This document shows, in pieces, positions 14,524 through 28,792 of a DNA stretch of 64,000 nt. Where the stretch lies: assembly GCF_964355755.1 (NCBI RefSeq), contig NC_092675.1, forward strand, positions 23,408,912 to 23,472,911, read 5' to 3'. The stretch is from Antedon mediterranea. Its lineage: Eukaryota > Animalia > Echinodermata. A program made the translations under genes and the position numbers. Each line of letters starts with the position of its first letter. Within the stretch, counting starts at the first letter, position 1. A model generated the notes under the pieces. That model worked only from the letters and a program-made list of their open reading frames with translations, was not told the origin of the DNA and did no database searches.

Positions 14524-16793
14524 TTTTACATCTAGATTGGTCTTTTATTGTGACCATCAAAGACAAGATATGAATTTGGAACTTAAAATTGAGAAGTCAC
14601 TATCGTCATATGCAAGTTCATCTTTCTATTTTTTCAACTTTATTTATAGAAGGTTAGACTGTTTGATCACTTAATATTATGGAAGTTAATATTCAGAGGC
14701 CATCTTAAATTTCATTACCAAAAAAAACAATACTGTAGGTACAACATTAATCATGATTACAACACAGGATACGAAATCATTATGAATCAAATTTATTCCG
14801 GCATATCATATTTTTGCCCTGCTCGATTGAAGATATTTAGTTAATCGAGCCTGAAACGTTTTGCTGTTACAGCAATTTATTATAATGTGACAATTCTCTA
14901 TGATATAAAAGCACAATTCCATAAATCTGAAACCTTGGACAGTTATTGGTAGTTTTATTTTTAATTGATTAAATGACAAAAAAAACAATATTTGATTTTA
15001 TTAATTTTAAAATAATATACTGATTACTAAAAATAATAATATGAATCCTCTTCAAATTTTAAATGTCAAATCTACAAAAACGTCTCATTCATATCGCGTC
15101 ATTCAATTCATATGTATGCATTTCGTTCACATATCGCGTCTTAAAAAATATATCATCGAAATTTTGCGTACACTGTGTTCCATAATTAGATATAACTCAT
15201 CACTCTCCGTTTCCAATGTTGAACAATCCAAGAAAAATAACAGATTACAACTAAAGGAAGTACTGCTTGTGTACCCCTCTAGGTATCCCAATCCACTAAT
15301 TAATTGCTATATGATAACCTATTACCTTACTGTGCTCTTTAATTATTCGCATTTGTTACTTGACTAGCATTACTTCAGAAGTTACTTGAATACCGAAACT
15401 TCAAGACATTCTAAACTTTTCCTTATTCCTTTTGAAAACATATGGTCTACTGCAATCCTGATTGTACTAATCTTATAATTGCCTATCAAATATCATTAGG
15501 AGGGTGGCTATTGGCCCTTATCATTACATTTTGCTATATTCACCCATCTAATAGATGGATTAAAAAAAAATTAAATTTCTAGTTTTGACATTTTTTATTT
15601 TTTAAAGTAAATTTGTTTTAATGTATTTATTAAGTTCAATTTGTTCATTTCATAAAATTTATTTACAAACTCTGATCCGCAAAAACTGAGAATCTAGGAG
15701 ATCAGTGAATGAAGGCAAATACACAAAAATATGATTAAAAAACGAGCGAGCCTAAATATTCGGTTTTAGTGTGTTGTTAAAGTCATTCTATAAATGACAT
15801 GTGTGTATTCTTTGTCTCTGTACTGTTTCTGTGTGTATCTGACTTAATATAATATAGTTTTCGTTAGTTCTCTTGGCAATGCTAGTTGACACAATTGTTG
15901 TAGTATGTTGTATGCAGGGTGTGGTAGTGTACATTTTATTGGCTGTACACTGCATTATGTTTTTACTTTCAACAATTGCTGCTGTGCTATAACAGCTGAT
16001 GTACAAACTTACATGTTTCACAGTGACAAGAATGTAATTCGTTATTGGAATGCCTTCCTTCTTCTAGTGATACCTTCTTGCCACAACCTATGCATCAACT
16101 CTGAGAAAACAAACTCAGTTTGACTTTTAAAAGGCTTTTAATTAGGTTGATAGCAGAAGAAAGTTCATTCTTGCAACATTGTAATGGGATATCCATCAGA
16201 TACCAGCTTTGTTGGGCCTATATAAACATACCATCTACACAACCACTTTATGTGTCAAAACAGTTTCTTTGTTGGTATTTATGTAAAAGTCAATATTTTA
16301 ACATTTTGTACTATGTAGTAACTTTCATTCATCTAAACATATCTTAAATATCTTTAAGTACGAACATTCTATTGTTATTAAGAGAGAGCGATATTCATAT
16401 ATACTGCCCATCAATTAGTAATAGTGATTGGACTGCATTTTGGAAAAAACATAAACATTTTGGCACATATGGGATTTAATATGTATAATACTTAAGCTGG
16501 GAATCACCAAAGACATCATTAGAGGTATTCATCAAACAAAATTCGTAGAATGAAAGAAGAAGACAGAAAAAAAAGATCCTGACAATAACTAAGTGTGGAT
16601 AATTAAGTTAACAATAGCCATAAAGGTGACAGCGCCCTCATATGTTTTTCATAATGGTTTAATTAAATTAATAATTCCACACTTTTATAATTGTTAGTAT
16701 TGTTGTATTCTGTGATTGGTTATTTGCAGTTTACATTACTGTGTCACCATCAGTGATTGACCAGTACTACTAGGCTGATCACAGTAATAGGAC

Positions 16794-16855
16794 CACGGAC
16801 CTATAAATTAGATTTATAGGTCCATGGATCTATAAATTAGATTTATAGGTCCATG
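16794..16855. mobile_element. tandemly duplicated short palindrome with 7-bp TSD (second P-like footprint family)
   Basis: ATAGGAC|CACGGACCTATAAATTAGATTTATAGGTCCATGGATCTATAAATTAGATTTATAGGTCCATG|GTAGGAC. Confidence 0.6.
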
Positions 16856-17729
16856 GTAGGACTTAGATCTTGGCGCTTGCCATCTTTTGGTCCTGGGTTC
16901 AATCCTCGATCTGACCTTTGACAGCGTTAGAATAGAATGAAAATTTTTAATCTGCTTATAATGGTGTTTTTATATAAATATTCTGATTTAATGTGTTATA
17001 TGTATTCCTTCAGGATGTAACAATTAGAAAATTATCTGTTTCAACATTTTTACCGTTTGTTTATTTTATTTGAACCATATTTAATGAGGGTGATCCATCC
17101 AGCGATTGCTGATCATTTGGAACCCTCAGAACAGATACAAGACAAAATACAACAATAACAGTAAAGTTAAAGCAAAACAAAAGCCTAAAAATAAAATAAA
17201 TTTCATGAGAATTAAAAATCTAGAAAATTTAGAATATACGTTAAGCAAAAATAATAAATATATATACTTAGATCTGTTTGTACTGTGACATACAGTACAA
17301 GATATTTCTTTGGTTCATCTCCCCAAAGGGTATACTGTAGAAACATGTTATACTCTCAGAGTGGGAATGATAGGATGTCACTTTCAGCTAACATTGCCAT
17401 GGTCAGCGAAATTATAATATATGAAAAACAATTACGCTCAAACCCAAATTAAATCGCTAAGGTCATACTAACAAAGGATGAACATACAAACACGTTGCTG
17501 TTTTTTGATTTATAATTAAATATCGTTAGATAAAAGATACATAAAATATGTACTTGACATGAAATTCAACTTAACTGTGACGACATAAGTACTCCAAGCA
17601 ACTGACCGCCCTTCACATTAACGCAGACATGTCGCATAAGCGCAGTTGAATTGAGTTGAGAAAACTTGAAACAATTTATCACATGTATGTTGGATAGGTA
17701 ATCACAACTAGTAGCGAATTGTAATAGCC

Positions 17730-18010
17730 TTTATGGCAAGGGTTTGAAGCTCACTCGCTCCATGACTTTGGTGGTAGAATGAGTCTTTTCGGATAAGGAC
17801 CAGCTGGTACAACTTTCGAGACAAGTAGGGGGTTACTCCGGTGTACTAGCTAACACCACCACTGTCGTAGACAGAATGATTTGTACCATAGTTGGCAGAA
17901 TCAACATGAGGGAACCCTTAGGGGAGAAGAATGTTGTTGTAAAGGTGTATCATCGAAGTCCATTATGCCATGTTGCGGATATGGCGCTATATAAATCTCC
18001 ACCATTATTA
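17730..18010 (+). mobile_element. degenerate SINE
   Basis: TCGGATAAGGAC...TTTCGAGACAAGTAGGGGGTTACTCCGGTGTACT...GCGCTATATAAAT-(ATT)n tail. Confidence 0.5.
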
Positions 18011-18026
18011 TGTTATACAGTAATAA

Positions 18027-18107
18027 ACTAATCCCGTACTACAATACATGTCACCAATCCCGTACTACAATACATGTCACTAATCCCGTACTACAATACA
18101 TGTCACT
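18027..18107. repeat. 26-bp tandem repeat x3
   Basis: ACTAATCCCGTACTACAATACATGTC repeated three times. Confidence 0.9.
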
Positions 18108-18969
18108 TGGAGATCATCAAGCATAATGATCCCCTTTGACTGTCATGCTTATCAAGACAGTGTATTGCATGGCTGCAGTGAATCTATACACCCAGTAAAT
18201 TCCAGTGCTTAAGATAAGATACAAATCTAACTAACATGATGAAAATATACCCCTACATCTTTCAATCGTTCCACATTTCCCCATGTAAACATTTCAGCAT
18301 AGCATCACTATAAAGTCAAGTGCCAGAGCCTAACAACATTATATGGCTAATGTGTATTATAGTAATGGTACTCTACCTGTGTTAAATAGTGTATAATCCA
18401 ATGGTAAAGTCTACGGTATCTTCACATGTTACAAGCCCACTCAAAATCATATTGGAAATAACTGCTTTCTGAATTATATTGAATATAGCTTGTGAATGTG
18501 TGGGTGTTATGTATGTTATCAGGTATGCAAATAGCAAATTCAACTTACTACTCTCTGATTAATTCTCCTTATTCTTGATCCTGCTATTTATATATTCCAG
18601 TGGTTTACTCCCACTCATTTTTTCTCTATTTTCATCCACCATCTTGATGATAACAAAACATGATCGCTTTATAGTATAATTTACATCGTTACTTTACTTA
18701 ATATCACATCACTTTCTTTACACTCCGTGTACAGAAAGTAGTACTATGTTTTGTTTAGTAATCCTAAACAACATTAAATATTTTTAATATACAAATATGT
18801 TTCTGCTATTAAGATTTTATGTACATTATAAATATTCTCAATACATGACCACTCTTTATTATGTTTTGAATTTATAATTATTTATTATAACTATATGTCA
18901 TTTTAATGTACAGTATTATGTTGTGTTTCATAATCATACTATAAAACTAATCTATGGTTAAATATAAGC

Positions 18970-19552
18970 TTACCCCAGCGTACTGTATTCATCTCAGCCC
19001 CTGTTGTCGTGGAAAGATGAATGATCACCATTTGGTGGCAGCACTCAACACAGCGGGACCCTTAAAGGAGATGAAAGGGGTTTAGTGATAATGTGTTGGA
19101 TGCTACACTTAAAGTTCCATTGATCAGACTTTGGACGACTGGACACAGGGGTTCTGCAAGGTTGCACCAATTTTATGAAACAGTTTGCCACATATACTAG
19201 GAACGGATGACGTTCAATATCCTTCTCCCCATAAGTTACGTTCACATGGAGTGAACACTGAAAGATGACGCTGTTCAATTGTTTATATGATTTTCCATTA
19301 TTTAAAAGCATGGCGTTGTCTTCTGTTTCATGAAATTTAACAATAGCAAGGGTCCTTTCATGTCGTACTGCCACCAAACAGGCCGAAAGATTCACTGGAC
19401 TTTTTAAAGTGGACACGAGTCAGATGTGTACTCTGGACCTCCGGTTTTACTTGTTTCACTCACCAGAACCATGTTCGAGAAGTGAATTAACCCATGCTGA
19501 TCGTATGGCTATGGATTGGAGCACCTCTGTCTTAACTGCTTGGCCACAGTGT
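18970..19552 (-). mobile_element. degenerate SINE
   Basis: GC-richer block; the minus strand begins CACTGTGGCCAAGCAGTTAAG (A-box-like) and contains a GTAAAACCGGAGGTCC central domain. Confidence 0.45.
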
Positions 19553-19781
19553 TATGCTTTTTTTTCTTCTTTTGGTTTATTTTTACTTTTCCTTGAGCAC
19601 ATATCTAGTTTATCGCTTTATAAATCTAAGTATAGTCAACTCTCCCAATACTGGACACCTCGTTTTCTGAAAATTCTGGTATTTCAAATTTGTTTTTAAT
19701 GATTAAAATGGTATTGGGACATTTTGGATCTCAAGAGTCAGGTTTTGGGAAAGTTTCCGGTTTTAAATTAGTCTATCTTTA

Positions 19782-19991
19782 AGTGTGGTTCCCACTAGAA
19801 CGCAATGCCACATAGGAACGTATCAACACAAGGTGCTCTAGAACCGATGACGCAACAGTGCTTCAAACATTGCTGTGGGATATCAATCAAAATTTGATTT
19901 CACACAGACAGGGGCAAACACAATTATTGGAAGAGCATTTTCTTAAGTTGCGTAGGTTGTGTTACATTATGTCACTAGTGGGAACCAAGCT
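19782..19991. mobile_element. MITE (Harbinger-like, TTA TSD)
   Basis: TIR AGTGTGGTTCCCACTAG / CTAGTGGGAACCAAGCT; same family as 48745-48902. Confidence 0.7.
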
Positions 19992-20732
19992 TTAATAGTT
20001 CACTTTTAATCAATCTAAACATAGAACCTTACACCTCCATCTTAAACGTTTCTTAACTTCATGCATGACCTGTAAATTCTGAAAGTTCAGAGTCTCTGTA
20101 ATTTTGTATTTTCCCTGTTTGATACACAAATAAATGCATAAAAAAACTGTAATAATACTATAATTGTAAATTAAAAATGTGTTATTTTTTTTTTACCAGG
20201 TTTTGAATAGTACTATTATCTTGATGAAATGAAATTAGTTGAAGTGTATATCTATCAAGTATCAAGAAATCACTGGTGATGCAGAGATGGATTTAACATC
20301 CAAGAATTCTTTACCTATGTAAAGTAAGTTTTACACAACTACAAGTTGAATAGATTTAATTATTATCTCGGTGAATATATAAAACATTTGCATTTTGCAA
20401 TACAAGATGACCATCTTTATGCTTCAACAATAATGAGATCAAATTGTTAGTGCCTGGCCTATAGCTGCCCAGGGATAGCTGTTTTTTTTGTTGGAATCCA
20501 TAATAGTTTATCAACTGAAAATGATAATTCTACCGGTTCACGGTGTATTATAAACCCCTTTGTTATATAAATTTAGTATTTGTAGTTGAAAGTGTGCATA
20601 ATGTCCAATATTTTGTGGCAATCGGATGCGTAAGCCAAAAACATTTCCAGATTTAATTGTAAACTTATTCCTGACGTAATTTGTAGTTCATACTAAGTAC
20701 ATTGAGAATACTTGCAAAAAAATATGCAATTA

Positions 20733-20775
20733 ATTCTCGGGTGGGACTCGAACCCACGACCTCCAGATTCACACT
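20733..20775 (-). repeat. tRNA-like SINE head fragment (second copy at about 21530-21566)
   Basis: Minus strand GGAGGTCGTGGGTTCGAGTCCCACCCGAG (T-arm/B-box); no complete cloverleaf. Confidence 0.55.
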
Positions 20776-23301
20776 TACTCAACACCCTGACGCAAAGCTA
20801 CTCCACAGTAATTACAAACAATTACAAACTTATATTCCTACTCATCAGTACTGTAGGTTCTGTATGAAAAGCGTTGTTTGAATTCAGTAATGCATGTTTG
20901 ACTAGTCTGGTTGGAGAAGATCTATCTCATCAGACTTCTATACAAGCGATGCGAGTGGATCTTTTTCGCGTATTATAAAATAGGTTGTCTTACAGTAATC
21001 CATGGTGCAGCCTACACTACATACATACAGTTATTTTATTTATTGTATTCTCACATTACATTACATTGGTAATAATGATTTTGTTACCAGTATGTTAAAT
21101 AATTACTATTTTAATGAGGCCCACATAAACACCCACACTCACTGTTTTGTGAACTCTAAAGCCACACTGCGGAAGTTACAAGCAGTTACAATACAGATAT
21201 ATGCCTGTAAATATGCGCATAATTACTCTCTTTAAATATGCATTAACGTTGGCTGAACTGTGTAACACTACACTTTTACGATTCATTTTTAAATATGAAT
21301 TGTGTTTTTTAAGATTATAAAACATTAACTATCATTTATTCTTTGAGTCATTTAATGGCACAGTAATGAACGTAAAAAAAAATCATATCAAAATTGGTTC
21401 TTCAGACGAGAAACTAGAAAATTAGCATAAGTTATATAAGTTTAAAACCCTGTAAGTACACTGATAGTGATACTAATATATTCAATTCAATCTTTTATTT
21501 TGAAATCTCTGCTTCATTAAAAAAAACATAATTCTTAGGTGCATGTCGAACCCACGACCTCTAGACCACCGAGAATGCGCTGATAGTTAAAGTTAGAGTT
21601 AAACTCATCCCAAGATCAATCAGAAAATTCACAAGTTACACTGTTATAATATGATTATGAAGAACATTAAAATCAGAATTTAATAATTATCATTTTAATG
21701 ATTATTATTTGTAGCCTAGGTAGGTGCATTCACCACTCAAGAATTATTGAATCTAGAAAGTTATTGTGTTCTTCATAATCATATTATATAATATATAGAC
21801 TAGTGTTTACTATTGTTTAGATTTACCTTTTTCCTTTTTTTTTGTATCTCCATTGAGATCCAGCCACTGATACCCACAGCATTGTCATTTTTTCAGTATT
21901 CTGCCTATATGATCTGCCAAAATGTTGCTTTTATTATTGTTTATTTTACCTTGTATTTTAATTGGAAATAATGTGATAAAATAATCGATAATTAACATTT
22001 AAAAAACTACAAAGGTCTTCATTTAACTCTAATCTTTACCCAGCTAGAAATGCAACATGTTTGAGGGGAAAAAAAGTTGCCAAATTCTGAAACTTTACAT
22101 TTGCTGGTAGTGTATGCTTATGAAAAATAAAAAATTTATTGCACAATATTTGTTTATTAAAGGTATGGAATGTTTGCCATTTCCGATTCATTGTTTTTCA
22201 CCACACATTATGCAAAATTGATACAAAAATATCAATAATCATTGATAGCAGTTTATATAATAATGATGAAGGATTTCCGTTTCTAATTAACGTTTATTCA
22301 TTTACCCACACACTGTTCATTGATAATATTGATAATAATTAGCATAACTATTTAATAACATTGGAAGCCAATCACTTGGTATTTGATATTTAATATCATA
22401 TGTCAATCAGGCAATAGTATTTCAATTTAAAATTACCATAACACAGCTATGAAAAAAACACACTTATGCAAGCAGTGCAGCGCCACCATTCCTGGAACAT
22501 ACCTTTGCTTTATTGACAGTCTCGTTTTGGTTTAAATTTTGTATTAATTTTACACATCCTTAAAGTTCTGTCTACATTATCAATCTAGTTGACAAAAAAG
22601 TGTGATGTGCCCAAATATGGTAGTGGTATGCCCAAATATGGGAGTGATATACCCAGATATGGGAGTGATATGAAATCATCATGTCCATATATGGGCACAA
22701 TTGCATTTTTTGTCACATACACAGTTTGATAGTGTGGATGGATTGGCACACTCATAATAAAATCATAGATGCTGAGACAGACTAAGAGGCTCACGCTTAA
22801 CTGTTGATTAGCATTGGTCGAGCATGAATATTAAAACGTGTTTACAAGATAATGTTAGAATTATTTTAACTGTATGCTGTCCTCACAAATGACATGCAAC
22901 TAAAGAGGGCAGTATTTCAAATGTTGTGATTATCATAAATTTATATAGTCGACTTTCCCAATACAGTACTATAACTCTCTGAAATACACTGTTGTTAAGA
23001 TAGAGAAGGAAATGTTGAGTATTTTCTGATCATGGGGCTACAATCTGTGTCTTATAGCCACACAACCCCACAATGTATAATTTGTTCTACCTACTTTGAT
23101 CACTTAATAATGTGTAATTATGGTTAGAATTTCACTTTTTTTAACTTTATTTCTTTTTCGATTTATATGAGCCAAATTATCTGTGTTGGAAAAACACAAT
23201 TTTGCCTAGTTGAACATAAAAGTCCCAGGTGAATGCTGTTGTTAATCAGTTCATGACAGTATAGCAATAACATAAACATTACTGTACATAAATTTGTATT
23301 G

Positions 23302-24866
23302 GGGTCTGTTTCTGCTGCATAACGCAATTTAACCGGTTATTTTAAAATAGATTAAAAATAGATAACAATAACAAGACCGCGTTTCTGCTCAATTTGTGCT
23401 CTGAAATAACCGGTTAAATCTATGGGTGGTCGTCATAATTACCCAAAATGCAATACACTCAGACGGAAGTAGTAAGTTTGGCTGTTTGTTTACATCGACG
23501 TCGTGAGTACACACGTGTGTATATCGCCGAACATCTCAAACATGTTAAAATAATAAAATGTTGTCTCCAGGTCTACAAGTTTTGTTTTTTGTAAAGCCTA
23601 CTTACCATCGCTAATAAAATTAATTCTCATGGCGCCTTCAATAACATGGGGAGGGTCGTGCAGCGCCCGATCGCCTAGGATAATTTTTATCTAGCCTAAT
23701 TCCTCAACAAAGGCGATGACATACGGCCCTTCCCACATGAACGACTGTTGTCTTTCGCGAGCGCGGTCCTACAAAACACCAAACGGAAACAAAAACGAGA
23801 CTCAGAATGTTGCAATACTTACCAAACGAGAGTAGATAATTGTTAATTAATTATGAAAACCCAACTTTTATAGCAAAAATCGTCCGAATTTTTGTTAAAA
23901 ACGATGAGTTTAGCCACAAAAACTTAAATCAAACGAGAGTATCCAAGTCATAGAATATCGCACGCACATAGTGCCTTTAATAAAATAATGAGTATTGAAC
24001 ATTATTTCGTATATTTATGTAGGCCTACTAACAATAACATAAATAATAACACATTTCTATGCTTAATAAAATCATATTTAATATATTATCAAAGGCTCCA
24101 TGATTACCTTTGTTTTCGGTCGATGGGATGTTTTTCTAAAAAATTATATTATGTAAAACGATCAAAGTAAGATTGTTCGTTGTTCTCCTATTAAAGGCAC
24201 TAAAGGGCGTGCCATAAATACGCTCGTATAAAATTTGGGTTTTCGTAATTATTTAACCATTATCTATTCTCGTTTGGTAGGTATTTGAAACATTCTGAGT
24301 CCCTTTTGTTTCCGTTTTGGTGTTTATAAGACCATACCCTTCGCGAGCGTGTATTAACGCCTCAAATTAGCTTGGGTGGTAAGTCCCCGGAACTCCACCC
24401 CGAATTCCTTTTTTACTTTCGCAAAAATGCTCTTATTTATTTATCTGTGAATCTTTTCTATTGCCTGCCATCCTTCCCCGTACTTTCTCTTTCCCCCACA
24501 ACTGAATAACATATCTTGTGATTTCATTCATCCACATACATGTTCACTTCTTCTTCCGACTGTCAAAACCACGAGGAAAACACACATCGTACGCGACGGT
24601 ATCTGACCCGGAGTCACAACTGTCAATCAAATAACCGTTATTTCGTGTTGCAACTAAGAATTGCTCAGCGATAACCGGTTAAACGGCGTTCTAACACCGA
24701 TTTATATTGGTGTTTTTAACCGGTGATTTTGCGCTGCCTTTTAACCGGTTACCACAAATTTGTCCTGTTTCTGCTGCCAAGAAAATGAAGTTAATTTATT
24801 CACACCGATTTTAATTTATTTACACCGATTTTAACCGGTTATTTTTTATGCAGCAGAAACAGGCCC
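23302..24866. mobile_element. non-autonomous DNA transposon (PIF/Harbinger-like) with internal long inverted repeat
   Basis: TIRs GGGTCTGTTTCTGCTGCATAA / TTATGCAGCAGAAACAGGCCC, 3-bp TSD TTG, repeated AACCGGTT motifs. An internal imperfect inverted repeat of about 110 bp lies at 23764-23872 vs 24227-24333. Confidence 0.75.
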
Positions 24867-27800
24867 TTGGATACAATTAATGTACCCAGGTATTCAGAAC
24901 ATCAATATGGAAACATAAAAACTTGATTTGGCCAAAATGTATGGTAAAACAATTGGTGTAGCTCAATGACCCACACCATGCAACACTGCTTCCTGGTTTT
25001 GCCGACCATACAAATGTCAAAACATGACAGCAAGCAGAATGAAACAACATCTCAGCCAATGAGTGTGTTGGCCAATCAGAGAGACCTTTCATTTTCACAA
25101 CATGAATATGCAGATGTCACGTCGAAAAATCATTCTACCCATGCTCAGAAACATATGAACATGCGCAAAATGCTGTTTGACATAAACAGTTTTAAAAAAA
25201 ATTTGTACATCAAGAATTACTGAAATTAATTTTAGCAGGTTTAGAGTTAGTTGGAGTGAACGAAGACAGATTTGGTATATATTTCACAGTATCTTTATTC
25301 AGTAATAAAAAACATAGGACCACAGTGAAACAATGAATAACGGAAGGAGTAAAAAGTGCTGAATTGACATATTGTTGTTTATAGATTCATAAAAAATGTA
25401 TATAAAACTATTATAAATATACATTAATTATTAATAAGCTTAAGTTACACTTAATAAGATTCAAACATAGGCTGCATTTCTAGGGGTATACTGCAGTATA
25501 CACCAATATTTTATTTTATTTACTTATATTTCATTACTACTGTACTAATATTTTCTAATAATTTCATAAAATAAGAGACAGAACTGTTTTAAAATCTTTC
25601 AGTTTTAGATATTTCCTTTCTTTCCTAAGCTGCTGATGAGAATTTTTTTTGATTCTGGGAGCAAATGATTGAAACATTTTACTTAGTTTTTTAACAAACA
25701 AATTGGAATACAAACTTTGGTTAATTTCTTACATTCTCGCTTAGTATTGCAATTGTATTATTTTGTTTTCCATTTTGGAATAAAATTTTCAGTGAAATGA
25801 AATGATTTTAGTACTTCTTAAACCAGAAATTAACATCATTATCATGGCTTGAATGAATATAAAAATTAATACATTTTTAATATCTGTTTATTTCATGATT
25901 TTAATATTTAAAAAAAAGTTGTTCACATCACTTTAAATGTGGAAAAAAAAAATTAGTTTTGTCTGGCTGCCAGGTATTCACTTTATGGTGCATCAAAACA
26001 ACATAGCGAATGAGACTTGTGAATAATATATGTTCTTGTCTGATTGTATAGTCACATATTAATACAGGATTACAATTTTCTGGCCAATGTTAAAGCCATA
26101 GAATAAATACAAATTTAGCAACATGATTACAGCATGCAATTCTTTTATATATTGTACATTTTTTTTATGTAAGTGACACTTATTATGTAATGAAACCATA
26201 GCTGGCGAAGAGAGCATCTTTATTGTGATTATAAAAATACAGAAATAAGTAAGGGGAATCTTAATCTAATCCATGTACATTTTAAAAATGTACATTCTTG
26301 AAAGCGCTAATTTAAGTTAAAGTTAAACATCAGTTAATGTGAGATTTCAGTATTCAGTATCTTTACATGGAAATCATTTTGAATTGCGACTAATAGAAAA
26401 TAAGTGATAAATACATTTCAAAATTAAAATACAGATATTTCTATTATTGGTTTTTTGCTTGGAAATTTCCCAATTATTTTCAGTTTGATGACATTAGTAA
26501 CTACTGTACATTGCTATTGTTTTCAGTCACGCTTGAATAGTTTCCCTTCGTCAAGTTTGGTCATGTGGTTTTTTTTATTGTATTATTTATGCACATGTCA
26601 TTTTATGTCTTTTTTTTTTCTTCTTTTTTTATTGCTATATTTGGTATGAGAATTATATGGTATAAGTTTGCCAATGTTTTTCCAAGTATGGCATGAGTAT
26701 GATTTAAATTGTGTTAAGAGTTGACCACCTTTTGATTAGATGTTTCCATGAAGTCAGTTATCATTGCAGCTCTACCACACAGCCCATATTTGTATTATTT
26801 TATCAGGCCCTGGGATGTAGGATTTGGTTGTAGGGGGTGTGAAACAGACAAAATAAAGTATCAAACAGCGAATTCTGGCATCACGCTGATACTGTACTTT
26901 GCTTTTTAGTGTTAGGGTGCAAACTACTACTGTATGATGGCTGTACCAATTAAGGTTTCTTTTTTAACTCTATCGCAGTCATTAGAGGCCACTGATATGA
27001 AGAAAACCACATGCTTGTCTATATTGTCGAAAACATTTCATATTTGGAACTTGACGCTTCCTGCTCATGTTGTTGATGCAGATACAATCATTGCTTTAGT
27101 TCAAAAAACATTTTGAGAAGTCAGAACAGGCCTAAACTAAAAGACGAACAGTATACTACTATAAGCCTACCAACAAGCAAAAATAGGAACAATTTCAAAT
27201 AACTTGTTAAATAGAATTCTAGAAATAATAGTTAAAAACACCCAATTGAGGGTGTTTACTGGTTATCACTGTCATTCAACTACATCCTAAAGTGCATTGC
27301 GTTTTGGGTAGTGTTAGTTGACCACCAACTGAATTAAATGATTAGCTGATTAGCAGAAATGTGGTCTATATAAACAATACATATTTTTTCAAACAAACAG
27401 TTATTCCATGTTATGCAGGGAGTTTCCCGCTGCCAAGAAAATGGAAATATTTTATTTTTGGTGCAAAATGTATAACCAGTTGGCTCGCCGTAGAAGCAGA
27501 GCTTCATATAAAAATCTAATCTTGTTGTAATTTACTTTGACCCACTACACTTTGATTATATAATTTTCACCTTGGATTTACTTTTTAGTACTTATTACCC
27601 AAAGATTGAGGGAGCTGTATTATATGTGCAAAAGTGCACTATTTGTAAACAAGCATTGAATATTTTAGTGTTTACATTTGAAGAAACTTGTAATCAGGAT
27701 AGTCAGCCAGACCCTGCGGAATGATCGCACTCGTCAGTTAAAGGTAGATAAGTAAGAAACTTGAAAGTGAAATTATCAGATCATTTTTTTCCCCAAATTG

Positions 27801-28449
27801 ATTAGTTTTTTTTTTATAGAAAGTACTGTTTAGTAGTAATTACTTCTGGTTATTTTCAGTTCACACACATTTATCCAGGACTGACTTTATTTTTTGTTTA
27901 TGCTATTAAATAGAACTGCTTTGAAAATGTAATGATATTATGATGTTACCTATATCTTAAAAACTGTCAGAAATTTTGAAATTTGTTAGAATTAATGTTT
28001 TTAAAATTTGTCAGAATTAATGTTTTTGAAATTTGTCAGAATTAATGTGCTATATCTACATTTTAGCGCGTCTTAGTTTGAGTATTATGTCTAACATATT
28101 ACTACCTAAATAGATTTTTAATGTAACTGGGTATAAACAACCTTCAATATCTTCATAATGTTTTCATATTAGTGTCTTTAAAATGGGTAGCAATTAGTCT
28201 ATCCATTCTGTGTAGAACTACAAGGATTTATTTGAGGCACTTTCATGAGAACATCACAATTGCATTGTCTTGATTCGAAACTTGTGACCAAAGTGGTTGG
28301 AAAAGCTCACAATAAGAAAAAAATAGCAAAAACATAATATTTTTAGTTTTGATTTGGTTGAAAGAACCCACACTATACTTACTTGATCTTCAAGCCTTTG
28401 GGTGTTGATTTCACCGCCGCATTTATTGTAGACTTCTTGTACGATGTAA

Positions 28450-28723
28450 TCTGGTTTCTGGTTGAAAGATTCTCTTTAGCTTACAATTCCCATTTTCAAC
28501 AATCGTAAAACTTGTAAATGGTTTGAAGAATCTTTAACTTTAGCATTTCTATAATCAACTCACTTACAAAACTGATAACTGTTTGAAAGAATCTCTTTGG
28601 CGGTATGATGATCAACCCTACTTACAAACTGGTACTGTAACTGCATGGTTGAAAGAATATCTCTTTAGCTTTGAATTCCTATTCTCAACTCACTTAAAAC
28701 TGGTTTCTGGGTGAAAGAATCTC
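28450..28723. repeat. degenerate ~55-60-bp tandem repeat abutting pre-miR-1
   Basis: Recurrent GGTTGAAAGAATCTCTTTAGC...CAACTCACTTACAAAACTG, about 5 copies. Confidence 0.7.
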
Positions 28724-28730
28724 AGACACA

Positions 28731-28792
28731 AAACATACTTCTTTACATTCCATACAACGTTAAAAACAGTATGGAACAATAAGGAAGTATGT
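28731..28792 (-). ncRNA. mir-1: pre-miR-1 hairpin (mature 3p 28752->28731 UGGAAUGUAAAGAAGUAUGUUU)
   Basis: The first 20 nt are identical to conserved bilaterian miR-1. The 5p arm ACAUACUUCCUUAUUGUUCCAUA (28792->28770) pairs with it. There is a CUCA/UGAG lower stem and a CNNC (CACC) about 17 nt past the 3' end. Confidence 0.96.

Noticed and set aside
20733-20775. tRNA gene
   Set aside because: Only a T-arm/B-box is present, with no D-arm or acceptor stem; a SINE head remnant.
22611-22696. CArG boxes CCAAATATGG / CCATATATGG
   Set aside because: They are internal motifs of a multi-copy MITE, so not evidence of locus-specific regulation.
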